A DNA stretch of 64,000 bases from a virus. The DNA lies in the IMG/VR virus record IMGVR_UViG_3300014137_000003. One strand, given 5' to 3'. The position numbers were made by a program, and so were the translations under genes. Shown piece by piece: positions 35,039-44,714 of the stretch. The notes beneath the pieces were generated by a model. That model was not told where the DNA came from. It saw nothing but the letters and a program-made list of their open reading frames with translations, and ran no database searches. Position 1 is the first letter of the stretch. Every line of letters starts with the position of its first letter.

Positions 35039-37006
35039 GTGAAAGTTAATGATATTGTATTAAACAAGTATATTATCACAAAGATTATTTCAGGAGATGG
35101 AACTAATCGTAGGGGTATGTCAAACCTTTACAAAGCTAGGGATAAGGACTTAGGTATTTATTGGGCTATCAAGGAAATCATAAAGAATTCTGATGGTACT
35201 ATTTCACTTCAACAGAGGTCTCTTATTCGAGAAGCACAGATTATGCGGAAGCTCCAGCATCCTTCTATTCCTAGGATTGTTTCTATTGAGCAATTAGATG
35301 ACAGGGTTCTAATTATAATGGACTGGGCTGATGGTAGGTCTGTTGGTGAGTGGATTCGCTCTAGTGGAGCCATGCCTTTGCAACGAGGTTTGAATATCAT
35401 AAAAACTGTCTGTGGAGTAGTGGGGTATTTGCATAGTCGTCCTACTCCTATCTTTTACAGGGATATGAAACCTGAGAACATTATGTATGACCCATCTTCT
35501 AAGAGGGTAATGTTATTGGACTTTGGTATTTCTGTTGAGGTAGATTTCAGTAAACCTATCTCGGACAGGGTAGGAACTAAGGGGTACTACGATAAGTATT
35601 CTATTGCCCCAACAAAACGTGAGCTAGCTAATGGGGTAGGACCTAGGTACTTTGATTTACGTTCTGATATCTACTCTCTAGGTTGGACGATGTTCGAGAT
35701 CTTTACTGGAGTTAGCCCATATAACTATATTTTGCTTAAGTCTAGGAAAGTTGAGACAGTTATCTTATCTTTGCTTGAGAGTCGCTTACCAGAATTTGAA
35801 GATGAAGACTCTGAAAACCCAGAACTAAAAGAAAAGACGTGGTCTAAGTTTAGTGGTAGTTTAAGTAAATCTCTTCGTCACTCTTTAGAAGAGTTGGTTA
35901 CTGGAGGAGATATTGATGTATTTATCTCTAAAGCTATCAAAATTATTAAATCTGAGGTTTCTATTTTTGTCCCAGATGAAAATATAGTTAATCACTGTAT
36001 GACTGGGTTAGATAAAGAGTTACAAAAAGCCATTCACTCTCTTGGGAATACTTACATAGCCACAAGAGATGTAAGGGAGTACGCTAAGAATATCCCTCAA
36101 TCTTTGGCTGATGTAATTATAAAAGCTACTGAACCTGAACCAATAGACAGATTTCAATCCATCGAAGAATTACAAATTGCTCTTGAAGACCTAGAAAAGG
36201 TAGACAAGGGTTACAACAAACTTCTAAAACGAAGGGTAAACCAAGTAATCACTCTAGGAGTTTTGGGTATTGGCTTATGTTTAGGTTCTATTGCCCCTTA
36301 CATGGCTTATGAACAAGGGTTAAAGAACCAGTACCAGGTCTTAGTTGCGAATGCAAGTAAGTCAGGTAGTTTCTCGGACTACTTAAAGGTTATTGAGTAT
36401 GACCCTAAGGAGATTGACCCTTACTTTGGTTTGATTGACTCTATTAAAGCAGATGGGGTGTTCACCAAAGACGAAGAGAGTACAATGCTAGACTTAATTA
36501 ACCCTAACCTCCCTACCTTAGAAAAGAGTAAGAGGTACAAGGAGTTAGCTTTCGAGATTGGTCGTTTATACTGGTTGTACTATGACGGTGGTAAATCAGA
36601 GGAAATTGCAAGTAGGTGGTTTAAAGACGCCAAGGGTTACAATCAGTTAGCTGATGTTTTCTATTCTATTGGTTCTTTCCCTACGGCAGTTGTTAAATCT
36701 GCTAACGAAGGTTCTGATGCAGGAATGTATAAGAAACAATGGGAAATCTTAAACTCTGTAACTGGTCAATCAGAGTTAACAAGTTTACAGATAGCAAAAG
36801 CTCAGCTTTACTTGGTAGATACCTATACTAGTAGGCTAAGGTCTGATGGGGTATCTAAGGAAGATGTTCTATCTAAGCTTTCTGAAATTTCTAGTTTAGT
36901 TAATAGCTCTTCTAGTGGTGATTCTCGTCAATCTCGTCTAGCTAATGAGCTTAAAAAATCTCTTCCAGAGGTTTTAGAAAAGGTTGAGGTGGCTTACAGT
37001 GTTTAG
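35039..37006 (+). CDS. Hanks-type receptor Ser/Thr protein kinase (one TM, extracytoplasmic C-domain, no PASTA)
   Basis: GTG start after GGAGG. Motifs WAIKEI (VAIK), YRDMKPENIM (HRD-KPxN), LLDFGIS (DFG), DIYSLGWTMFEIFTG. TM helix VITLGVLGIGLCLGSIAPYMAY near aa 400. Confidence 0.85.
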   Translation: MKVNDIVLNKYIITKIISGDGTNRRGMSNLYKARDKDLGIYWAIKEIIKNSDGTISLQQRSLIREAQIMRKLQHPSIPRIVSIEQLDDRVLIIMDWADGRSVGEWIRSSGAMPLQRGLNIIKTVCGVVGYLHSRPTPIFYRDMKPENIMYDPSSKRVMLLDFGISVEVDFSKPISDRVGTKGYYDKYSIAPTKRELANGVGPRYFDLRSDIYSLGWTMFEIFTGVSPYNYILLKSRKVETVILSLLESRLPEFEDEDSENPELKEKTWSKFSGSLSKSLRHSLEELVTGGDIDVFISKAIKIIKSEVSIFVPDENIVNHCMTGLDKELQKAIHSLGNTYIATRDVREYAKNIPQSLADVIIKATEPEPIDRFQSIEELQIALEDLEKVDKGYNKLLKRRVNQVITLGVLGIGLCLGSIAPYMAYEQGLKNQYQVLVANASKSGSFSDYLKVIEYDPKEIDPYFGLIDSIKADGVFTKDEESTMLDLINPNLPTLEKSKRYKELAFEIGRLYWLYYDGGKSEEIASRWFKDAKGYNQLADVFYSIGSFPTAVVKSANEGSDAGMYKKQWEILNSVTGQSELTSLQIAKAQLYLVDTYTSRLRSDGVSKEDVLSKLSEISSLVNSSSSGDSRQSRLANELKKSLPEVLEKVEVAYSV

Positions 37007-37424
37007 TTTATTTATTGTAATGTTGGTGAGTGGTTTACTACTTTTAGTCTTATCTGCAGTTCTTTATGTTGTATGGAATATTCCAGATGCAGTAGATGAG
37101 CTAAGTGGTAAAAAACGTAAAAGGCAGATAGAAAAACTACAAAAGGCAAGTATGGCAATTGGGGCTACTGGTGTTGTAGCTAGTACAACTCAGATGTTTA
37201 AGGATAGTGAGGAAGAAGAAGAGATTACAAATCTTATTCAAAATGCTCGTAATTCTTACACTGGTGAAGTACATTCTGATACTGACCCTTTAGAGGAAGA
37301 AGCTACTGGTATCATTCCTGAAGAACCTGTAGAAGAGTCCGTTGCTACGTTTTCCGAATCTGGTACTGTTGATAAGTTCGAGAATATTGTTATCTTGGAA
37401 GAGATAACTAATTTGGAGGTTTAA
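36999..37424 (+). CDS. Small membrane protein with acidic cytoplasmic tail
   Basis: GTG 36999, 6 nt after GAGGTGG. One N-terminal TM helix, then KKRKRQ (positive-inside) and an acidic tail with DTDPL / EEATGII. Confidence 0.6.
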   Translation: MFSLFIVMLVSGLLLLVLSAVLYVVWNIPDAVDELSGKKRKRQIEKLQKASMAIGATGVVASTTQMFKDSEEEEEITNLIQNARNSYTGEVHSDTDPLEEEATGIIPEEPVEESVATFSESGTVDKFENIVILEEITNLEV

Positions 37425-37425
37425 T

Positions 37426-40398
37426 GTGAATAAGAGAACTAAAAATAGTTTAACGACAGGTCTTTTATTAAGTACTGCCGTACTAGGGGTATATGCATCT
37501 AAGGGGTATGTATCTGCCGACGAGTTAACTAATAACCCCTCTACTTCGGTTGTTTCAGGTGCGACTCCTAGTACAGGGGTAGCATCGGTGGAAGTACCTA
37601 AGGTAGCTTCAACGGTGGAGGCAACTCCTACAGTTGAGGTAGCACCTAAGGCTGAGGTTACCCCTACAACAGGGGTAGCTCCTACTAATAATGTAGCTCC
37701 CACAGCTCCTACAGCTCCTACAGTTTCCGAAGCTCCTACAAACAAGGTAACTTCTCCAGCTGAGGCAGCTCCTACAACTGAGGTGAAACCTAGCGTAGCT
37801 GAAACTCCCAAGGCAGAAGAAAAACCTAAAGCTGAGACTCCTAAAGCAGAAGAAAAACCTAAAGAAAAGGTAATTACTAACGCTGAGGAGAAACCTAGCA
37901 TTGGCAAAGCTCCTAAATCTGAGGACGGCTCAACTTCAAAAGATGAAGAAAAACCTAACACTGGTGAGACACCTAAATCTGAGGAAACTCCAAAGGCGTC
38001 TACACCTACATTTAACTTCACCTTAGGTGGAAGGGATGAGTCTGTAACGGATACTCCTAGTAAGCTTGACTTAGGTGAGGAGGTTTCTTTCGAGAATAAC
38101 ACAAAACATACGGATGTCACTTATAAACAAGTTACATCTAATGGTGTTACTTTCGATTTAACAAAGAACAAAGTTAAACCTATCACTTCTAAGCTTATCG
38201 CAGTGTATAAAGACGATAAAGGTGAAGAACAGGAAGTCCAAGTTGCTGAAATTACTGGTACTAAGGTTTATAACCTAGATCTATCCTATAGTAACACAGG
38301 TAACTCAGTGACTTATACTTTTGATGTAAACCAACTATTGGAAAAAGACTCTTATCAGTCTAAGTATAAAGTCTTGGTAGATGGGGTAGAAGTTCAGGAC
38401 TTTGACTCTACAGAAGATGAAATCACTGGTACTCTTAATTTAATTAATAAATTAAGCGAAGGTACTCACACAGTTGAGATTGCAGGTCAATCGAAGTTTG
38501 GGGTAGTTGTTTCGGGTAAAGATACTGTTATTGTCCCTAAAGAGTTTGTTCCAAACCCATCTCCAGCACCTCTTCCTAATAGCGATAAGCAACCAGGAAC
38601 TGCGACTGGTGGGGATGTACCTTACAACCCAGTACCAGGGTATGACAACACTAACACCAACCCTAAAGTAAACCCTACGGTTACTCCTACAGTTAATCCT
38701 ACGGTTACTCCTGCAGGTGGTGGAGATGCTCCAGTAGTTAATCCGGATAGAGGTAACACTGGTGGGTTGACTCCAACTCCTAGTCCTATTCCTAGCCCAA
38801 GCAAGGATAACAATCCTTATGAAGTACCTACTGCTCCTCAACCAGCTCCAGTTAAAGAGCCAGTTAGGGGTGTTGAGGACGTAAGAGTTGGTGGAGTTTC
38901 TATTTATGGGGACGCTCCTAAACCTAGTGGGGTAGCTACTAATGGTGACACTACTACATTCACAGACCCTAAAAAAGTAGACATTAGGGTAAATCTTGAT
39001 ACGTCAGTAATTGATAGCTCTCGTACAGTACTTAAGCTTGTAGGTCGTGAGCAGGGTGAGATTGGTGCTAGTCAGTTTGTAGAGTTGAAAGACGGTGCTT
39101 ATAAGATTAAAGGTGTCGCAAAAGACGACTTCTACACTCTTACCATTAAAGCCTATGACAAAAACGGTAATTTGGTTACTGACACAGTTGAAACGTTCTC
39201 TGTGAACAAGGGAGGTTCTAAGTACTCTATCTCCAACAAAGGTCTTGCAGGTTCATCTGTTAAAAACCTCAATTCTAATCTTAAGATTGAGGAAACTAAC
39301 GTAGATAAAATCAAATCAGATAAAACTACTATTAAGGTATTCCTAGATGGTAAGCTTGTTGAGTTACCTAAAGATGCAATTAAAGTATCTAGGTCTGGTG
39401 GAGTTTCAGGTAAATGGAAGTACACTTACTCAATCAACAAGAATAAGTTTAAGGCTGAAGGGGTATACACTATTGAGGTTTATTCTGAATCTGAAACTGG
39501 TGTAAACTACAATTCAACTAAGAAAACTCTTCAATTTACGGTTGATAGGACTCCAGCGGAAATTTCTATTAGTGGTGTCCGTGATGGTGGTAGGTATAAG
39601 GCATCTAGCAAACGTATCACTATTGATATTCGTGATATCTCTGAGTTAAAATCTGTTAAAGCATTCTTGAATGGTAAAGAAGTAGAACTTGAATACGATT
39701 CAGAGACTGGTCTTTACTACTATGAAATGAAATCTAGTGGTAAGGGTAAAAATGAATTTGTTGTTGAGGTAGAAGATGCAGCAGGTAACGTATCTACTGA
39801 AACTGTTAAAGGTTTCTACTTAAGTGAAGATTTGGCTTTCTCTATCTTTAACGATGACAACTTGTACTGGCTACTAGGGGGTATCGCAGCAGCAACTGGT
39901 GGATTCTTAGGATTCTTGGCTCTACGTCGTAAACGTAAACTTGATGAAGAAGACCGCTTGGCTCTAGAACAGGCTGAGTTACTTGCAGCAAGTGCCTCAT
40001 CTAGTGGTTCTGAGACAGTAGGTGAATCTCCAGAGTCTTCTGATGAACGCTTTAACGTAGATGATATTCTACCAGCGGGTGAAGAAATTTTGTCTGTCTC
40101 TACTGAAGAAGTTCAAGATACTGATTTGGAAGGTTCTCAAGACGTTGAAGCAACTGATGTTCTTCCAGAAGATGAAGAGTTCTCAGAAGATAATGAAGCA
40201 ACAGATGTTATCCCAGAAGACGACGAGGACTCAGAAGATAACGAAGCTACTGACGTTATTGAAGACGACGAAGAATCTGAAGACAACCAAGAAACAGATG
40301 TTATCGAAGACTCTTCTGACGAAGACGAGTTAAAAACTGATGTTATTGATGAAGACTCTTCTGAAGATAACGAACCTACTGATATTGTAGAAGATTAA
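37426..40398 (+). CDS. Large surface protein: signal peptide, PT-rich region, Ig-like repeats, C-terminal TM anchor, acidic repeat tail
   Basis: GTG start after GGAGG. Signal MNKRTKNSLTTGLLLSTAVLGVYASKGYVSA|DE. Repeats AEEKPKAETPK and NPTVTP. TM helix LLGGIAAATGGFLGFLAL followed by RRKRK. About 7 copies of x-T-D-V-(I/L) in an E/D-rich tail. No LPXTG motif. Confidence 0.75.
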   Translation: MNKRTKNSLTTGLLLSTAVLGVYASKGYVSADELTNNPSTSVVSGATPSTGVASVEVPKVASTVEATPTVEVAPKAEVTPTTGVAPTNNVAPTAPTAPTVSEAPTNKVTSPAEAAPTTEVKPSVAETPKAEEKPKAETPKAEEKPKEKVITNAEEKPSIGKAPKSEDGSTSKDEEKPNTGETPKSEETPKASTPTFNFTLGGRDESVTDTPSKLDLGEEVSFENNTKHTDVTYKQVTSNGVTFDLTKNKVKPITSKLIAVYKDDKGEEQEVQVAEITGTKVYNLDLSYSNTGNSVTYTFDVNQLLEKDSYQSKYKVLVDGVEVQDFDSTEDEITGTLNLINKLSEGTHTVEIAGQSKFGVVVSGKDTVIVPKEFVPNPSPAPLPNSDKQPGTATGGDVPYNPVPGYDNTNTNPKVNPTVTPTVNPTVTPAGGGDAPVVNPDRGNTGGLTPTPSPIPSPSKDNNPYEVPTAPQPAPVKEPVRGVEDVRVGGVSIYGDAPKPSGVATNGDTTTFTDPKKVDIRVNLDTSVIDSSRTVLKLVGREQGEIGASQFVELKDGAYKIKGVAKDDFYTLTIKAYDKNGNLVTDTVETFSVNKGGSKYSISNKGLAGSSVKNLNSNLKIEETNVDKIKSDKTTIKVFLDGKLVELPKDAIKVSRSGGVSGKWKYTYSINKNKFKAEGVYTIEVYSESETGVNYNSTKKTLQFTVDRTPAEISISGVRDGGRYKASSKRITIDIRDISELKSVKAFLNGKEVELEYDSETGLYYYEMKSSGKGKNEFVVEVEDAAGNVSTETVKGFYLSEDLAFSIFNDDNLYWLLGGIAAATGGFLGFLALRRKRKLDEEDRLALEQAELLAASASSSGSETVGESPESSDERFNVDDILPAGEEILSVSTEEVQDTDLEGSQDVEATDVLPEDEEFSEDNEATDVIPEDDEDSEDNEATDVIEDDEESEDNQETDVIEDSSDEDELKTDVIDEDSSEDNEPTDIVED

Positions 40399-40402
40399 TT
40401 AA

Positions 40403-40430
40403 GATAGCCCTTAATTGGGTTATCTTTTTT
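40403..40430 (+). terminator. Rho-independent terminator
   Basis: GATAGCCC/GGGTTATC stem (one G-T pair) and T7. Confidence 0.75.
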
Positions 40431-40529
40431 TATTTGCCACAAAGAGTGGAGGGGGTATAAGTTCTATTTAATTATCTTTGAGATTATTATATACTAGGTA
40501 TAGAAAAACTTTTGGAGGTATTTTGGTTT

Positions 40530-41552
40530 ATGGAAAAGAATAAGCCTAAGAAGAAGGTAGTTGATGTTGTTATTGATTCTTTCTTAAAGCGTGTTCAAGA
40601 GAAGGGTGTTATGCCTTGGCAGGACCCTCATACGTTCGGTATTGCTATCAACTGGGTATCTAAGAAGATGTATCGTGGTCTTAACCGTATGATTCTCCCT
40701 AACGGAGAGTATATGACTAAGAACCAGTTAAACAAGTACAATGAAGAGCACGGTGAAGACTATAAATTCCAAAAGGGTATCGAATGGTTCCCAGTTGTAT
40801 TTTATTCTTTAAAACAGTACAAAATTAAAGCAGAGGATATTAACACTGAACTAGAAGGTAATACTTTGAAGGTTGGTCAAAGTTATGTCAATCTTAAAGG
40901 TAGGAAAATCACTAGAACTAAGACTGGGTATTTCAGCGAGTATATGATTATGAAGTATTCATTGGTTGCTGAAATTCATCACTTTAAGAACTCTAAGGGT
41001 GAGACGTTACCTCGTCGGATTGGTGATACTCTAGATTCTGACTTAATGCTTTCAAAAGAAGAACCCCAAAAGGTTATTGACAGTTATGTTAAACGTTCAG
41101 GCGTTAAATTTGAAGAAATCAACGACGGTATGTCTTATTATAACCCAGTTAGGGATTTAGTGCATGTCAATGAGAGTTATAATTGGGCTAATGCCAAGTA
41201 TTCTGTTACCTTTCATGAATTAGCTCATTCTACTGGTCATGCTACTCGCCTAGACCGTATCGGGGTAACTTCCTCCGATGGATTTGCAGGTGCTAAGTAT
41301 TCAGTAGAAGAGTGTATCGCTGAGATGACTGCAGCTCTCTTGTGTCAGGAGACTGGTATTAGTGATTTCGTTACATCGGGTACTTTAAGTGAAACTAACT
41401 CTTTAGCTTATGTACAGCATTGGTCTAAGGCAATTAAAGACTTTGGTAGCAAGTTCCCTAGTATCTGTCGTCAGGCAGAGCAAGCTTATCTCTACATTCT
41501 TGGAGAAGATGAGGATAGCCAAGTTGGTGGAAGTTCTGTTACAGAAAGATAG
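40530..41552 (+). CDS. ardC: ArdC-like antirestriction protein (ssDNA-binding N-domain plus HExxH metalloprotease domain)
   Basis: ATG 40530 after TGGAGG. GVMPWQ...MYRGLNRMIL matches the ArdC N-domain (G..PW....Y.G.N..L). FHELAHSTGHATRLDR is the zincin motif. Confidence 0.75.
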   Translation: MEKNKPKKKVVDVVIDSFLKRVQEKGVMPWQDPHTFGIAINWVSKKMYRGLNRMILPNGEYMTKNQLNKYNEEHGEDYKFQKGIEWFPVVFYSLKQYKIKAEDINTELEGNTLKVGQSYVNLKGRKITRTKTGYFSEYMIMKYSLVAEIHHFKNSKGETLPRRIGDTLDSDLMLSKEEPQKVIDSYVKRSGVKFEEINDGMSYYNPVRDLVHVNESYNWANAKYSVTFHELAHSTGHATRLDRIGVTSSDGFAGAKYSVEECIAEMTAALLCQETGISDFVTSGTLSETNSLAYVQHWSKAIKDFGSKFPSICRQAEQAYLYILGEDEDSQVGGSSVTER

Positions 41553-41571
41553 AAAGATAAGGTGGAGTAAT

Positions 41572-41901
41572 ATGCAACAATTTGTTTTAATTCGTGTCAC
41601 AAAGAACACTAACGTATATGATGGTCTTTTGAGGGAAGGTGACTTTATTCTCGGACCATCTTCAACTATTAGTGTATTGGTTAATCACTCCAGTTCTTGG
41701 AACTCAAATCAGATGGACTGTAAAGCAGCAACAGTTGAAGAACTTAAAAACTGTCGTGCAGGTCACATAAGGTTCCATCTTTTCGAGAGTGCAAATCTAG
41801 CAGGCTTTAGACGTATCCTAGTAAGCAAGGAGTCTGCTCTTGAGTTTATCAAAAAGTATGGTATTAACTTATCATCGCAAAAGTATTACGAGAAACCCTA
41901 G
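41572..41901 (+). CDS. Hypothetical protein
   Basis: ATG 41572 after AAGGTGGAG. The track ORF from 41410 overlaps ardC out of frame and is an artefactual extension. Confidence 0.6.
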   Translation: MQQFVLIRVTKNTNVYDGLLREGDFILGPSSTISVLVNHSSSWNSNQMDCKAATVEELKNCRAGHIRFHLFESANLAGFRRILVSKESALEFIKKYGINLSSQKYYEKP

Positions 41902-41940
41902 TTAGGGGTACCTAACTCTGCAATAAATTAGTTAGTTCAG

Positions 41941-41994
41941 AATTTTGCTTATTTTTACCACTATCTAAAGTAGTGGTAAGGAGTAGGCAAAATT
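41941..41994 (+). terminator. Composite stem-loop (terminator or structured RNA)
   Basis: Outer stem AATTTTGC/GCAAAATT encloses inner stem TACCACTA/TAGTGGTA, followed by TTTT. Confidence 0.45.
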
Positions 41995-42136
41995 TTTTGG
42001 TAGAATAGTTTGTAATTTTTGTATAATTATTGTAAAATTTATATATATAGTTTAGGTAGCTTGCTAGTTGGTTTAGTTATTTATATAGTAATAATTTTTA
42101 TTAGTCTTACTAATTATATGAGAAAGGAACTTAATA

Positions 42137-42556
42137 ATGAATAGAATTCGTAATTTACAAACAATGTATGCACATGGACCAATGCTCTATGAAACAAATA
42201 AAATCCTATTAAAGCCTAGTTCAAACTGTAAGGTTGTAAAAGTAAAGACTGATAGAGTTTGTGCTGAGTGTGGTTCCGAAGTACCTAAAGGTAGTTCTTG
42301 TTATACCTTAAACCTGAGGGGTATGGGTAGACATTGGGTTTGTTTCTCTTGCATACCAGCCCCAGATGTCGAGGAAACTCGTGAAATTGGAGAGAGACAA
42401 GGTATGGGTACTGATACTCAGTTAGTCTTATTCTCTGAGGATACGGACAGTTGGGGACGGCATAAGCAGTTTGGTGAACTTACCTCTGAGGAGGTAGATG
42501 ATTTCTACGATAACCGTGAAAAAGCTATTTGGGCAAGTATGCCAAACGAGTATTAA
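42137..42556 (+). CDS. Hypothetical zinc-ribbon protein
   Basis: CAECGSE..(x27)..CFSC four-Cys arrangement; AGGAA RBS. Confidence 0.6.
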   Translation: MNRIRNLQTMYAHGPMLYETNKILLKPSSNCKVVKVKTDRVCAECGSEVPKGSSCYTLNLRGMGRHWVCFSCIPAPDVEETREIGERQGMGTDTQLVLFSEDTDSWGRHKQFGELTSEEVDDFYDNREKAIWASMPNEY

Positions 42557-42568
42557 GGAGGTGTAGGT

Positions 42569-43057
42569 TTGTTTTCATTAAAAGATACAGAAACAAATGT
42601 AGAATATACTTTTGAAGACAATGTGGCTTTAAGGGAACAGTATATGTTAGGTTTGTTATTGCCTATTAGGGGTAGAGAGACCTTTAAGGTAGTAGTGCGA
42701 AAGACTTCTTGTTTTGATTATTCTATGGTTAATAAGATACTTAATCGAATCGGTTCTCCAACTAAATACTATAAATACTACAAGTCTGGCGATGTTCACG
42801 TTCTTGAAGGGTTCACTGATGAGAATGAGTATAGACTCTATAAGAAGGAAGAATTACGTCAAAATGTCTTCAATGCCTTCTTTTTTGTAATTGCATTTAT
42901 TGTCATTTACCTATTCCAGAGGTATGTATTTGATATACAAAGTCTTTTGTTAGCTAGTTTCTATTGGTTTCTTGTTTTAGGGTGTGTTATGTTTGTTTTA
43001 TCTTTACTCCCAGATAAACCTAAGAATATTGTCATCTTAGATTGTGATAAGTTATAA
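42569..43057 (+). CDS. Membrane protein, paralog family C (copy 1)
   Basis: TTG start after GGAGGTG. Shares ALREQYMLGLLLPIRG.E.FKVVVR, RIGSP.KYYKYY and VLEGFTDE.EY plus 2 C-terminal TM helices with 43129..43674. Confidence 0.65.
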   Translation: MFSLKDTETNVEYTFEDNVALREQYMLGLLLPIRGRETFKVVVRKTSCFDYSMVNKILNRIGSPTKYYKYYKSGDVHVLEGFTDENEYRLYKKEELRQNVFNAFFFVIAFIVIYLFQRYVFDIQSLLLASFYWFLVLGCVMFVLSLLPDKPKNIVILDCDKL

Positions 43058-43128
43058 GGGGTATCTCTTTGGAAGAGATAGGATTATTGAAGCAAGCATG
43101 CCAGATGATTATTAAGGAGTAAAGTATT

Positions 43129-43674
43129 ATGATTTCATTTAAGGATTTATTTTGGGAAAAATGGTGTAAGTTTCTAGAAAGGGAGCGTTTAAAGTCTGAG
43201 AAAAGTAAACGTGACTTTGAGGAGACTCTCGCTCTAAGAGAGCAGTATATGCTAGGTCTGTTATTGCCTATTAGGGGTAAAGAGTCCTTTAAAGTAGTAG
43301 TTAGAGACCCTTTCAACTTTGACTATTCTATGGTTAAGGAGTTACTCCATCGTATTGGCTCCCCTGCTAAGTATTACAAATACTATGAGTATGACAGTGT
43401 TTGTGTCCTTGAGGGTTTTACTGACGAGAAAGAGTATAAGTCCTACAAGAGAGCAGAGCTGTATCAACTTGCATCAATGGTATTTTTCTATGTAGTTTTA
43501 TTTATTATTGTCTATATATTCCAAAGGTATGTGTATGGAATATATGGTATTTTTATAGCCAGCCTTTATTTGTCAGTCTCAGCTTATCTTGTTGTAGGAA
43601 TTGGTGTATTTGTTTTATCTTTATTTCCTAGTGAATCAGGGAACAAATCTCTCATAGGGTATGATATATTATGA
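43129..43674 (+). CDS. Membrane protein, paralog family C (copy 2)
   Basis: Same conserved blocks and TM layout as 42569..43057. Confidence 0.65.
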   Translation: MISFKDLFWEKWCKFLERERLKSEKSKRDFEETLALREQYMLGLLLPIRGKESFKVVVRDPFNFDYSMVKELLHRIGSPAKYYKYYEYDSVCVLEGFTDEKEYKSYKRAELYQLASMVFFYVVLFIIVYIFQRYVYGIYGIFIASLYLSVSAYLVVGIGVFVLSLFPSESGNKSLIGYDIL

Positions 43675-44096
43675 GTCCTCAAGTAATAGAGTTTTTGACT
43701 GCTCTTAAAATGTTCGATGGTTTCGTTGTAACGGAAGACTATAAGGTTTATCATCGTGATAATTTCTTAATGTCTTTCGATTCTGACGGCTCCATCTTTT
43801 TGTCTTATAGGTTATCTTGCGATCAGGCTTATCGTAATTATACTCAACTTATCAGAGACCAGATTAAAACTAATTCACTAGGTAATTTCTCCTTATGTGA
43901 TAGCTATCCTGTCAGTGGTAAGTATATAATGATTTCTGAGATGTATTATGCTAACTTATTGGCTAATTACGAGGGGTATCGCATTGAGTGCAAGGAGTAT
44001 CCTCATGATTTAGCTAGTTTGTCTGCAGCGTTGGATATCTGTCTAGGGGTAAAATGGCAGATAACTTATCAGTTAGTTGAGAGTATTCTTAAGTAA
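43671..44096 (+). CDS. Hypothetical protein
   Basis: 141-aa ORF with an ATGA overlap. Confidence 0.6.
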   Translation: MSPQVIEFLTALKMFDGFVVTEDYKVYHRDNFLMSFDSDGSIFLSYRLSCDQAYRNYTQLIRDQIKTNSLGNFSLCDSYPVSGKYIMISEMYYANLLANYEGYRIECKEYPHDLASLSAALDICLGVKWQITYQLVESILK

Positions 44097-44108
44097 GGAG
44101 TTTTAGTT

Positions 44109-44465
44109 ATGGCATTGTATTCTTATATTGTTTGTGAGAAGCGTTATCAAGAGAGTAACTCTCCTATAATTCCTCTAAAGAAAGGCTTACAAAATAACTT
44201 AGGTGTATATTTTAGCTTAGAAACGGCGTATGAACAACTTAAAGGGTATGCTAACAGTCTAAGGATTGAAGAAGTACCACTTATGATTAGGTCTTTAGAG
44301 GAGTTAAGTCAAGAATTTTATGAAAATAAGTATGTTACTAACTTCATTCTTTTAGTTGCTCAAGAGAATCAGGTAAGTTTTGTTCCGTCTGAGCCCAGCA
44401 TTAAAATTTATAATAAGGTAGACTATTATATTCAGGTAATAGTTCCTAATCAAATTATCTATTAG
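44109..44465 (+). CDS. Hypothetical protein
   Basis: 118-aa ORF with AAGGAG RBS. Confidence 0.6.
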   Translation: MALYSYIVCEKRYQESNSPIIPLKKGLQNNLGVYFSLETAYEQLKGYANSLRIEEVPLMIRSLEELSQEFYENKYVTNFILLVAQENQVSFVPSEPSIKIYNKVDYYIQVIVPNQIIY

Positions 44466-44714
44466 TAGTTACCCTCATCCTATATACTCTGGTATGGTTG
44501 AGGGTATTTCTTTTATATAATGTATCTTTGAGAGATGTTTTGCCTATTGGGGTATTTAAGAGTTGTTCTACTTACAATTAAATAAGGGTACTATTTTTAT
44601 AGCTACCTAGAACTAAGGGTGTGTCCTTTAGTTGTGGGTATCTATAAGATATTTTTGTTACCTGAGGCAATTAACCAACTAACTAAACAACTATCAGGTA
44701 GAAAGATATATAAA

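Noticed and set aside
37290-38120. 276-aa minus-strand ORF, with 38452-38841 and 38622-38813
   Set aside because: They are antisense to the PT/AP-rich low-complexity part of the surface protein gene. Repeats of this kind stay open on the opposite strand by composition alone.
37426-40398. LPXTG sortase-anchored wall protein
   Set aside because: I found no LPXTG-like motif before the hydrophobic segment. That segment is followed by a ~150-aa acidic tail rather than a short basic stop-transfer tail. This fits a type I membrane protein.
41410-41571. N-terminal 54 codons of track ORF 41410..41901
   Set aside because: They overlap the ArdC gene in another frame with no RBS. A clean AAGGTGGAG-N6-ATG start exists at 41572.
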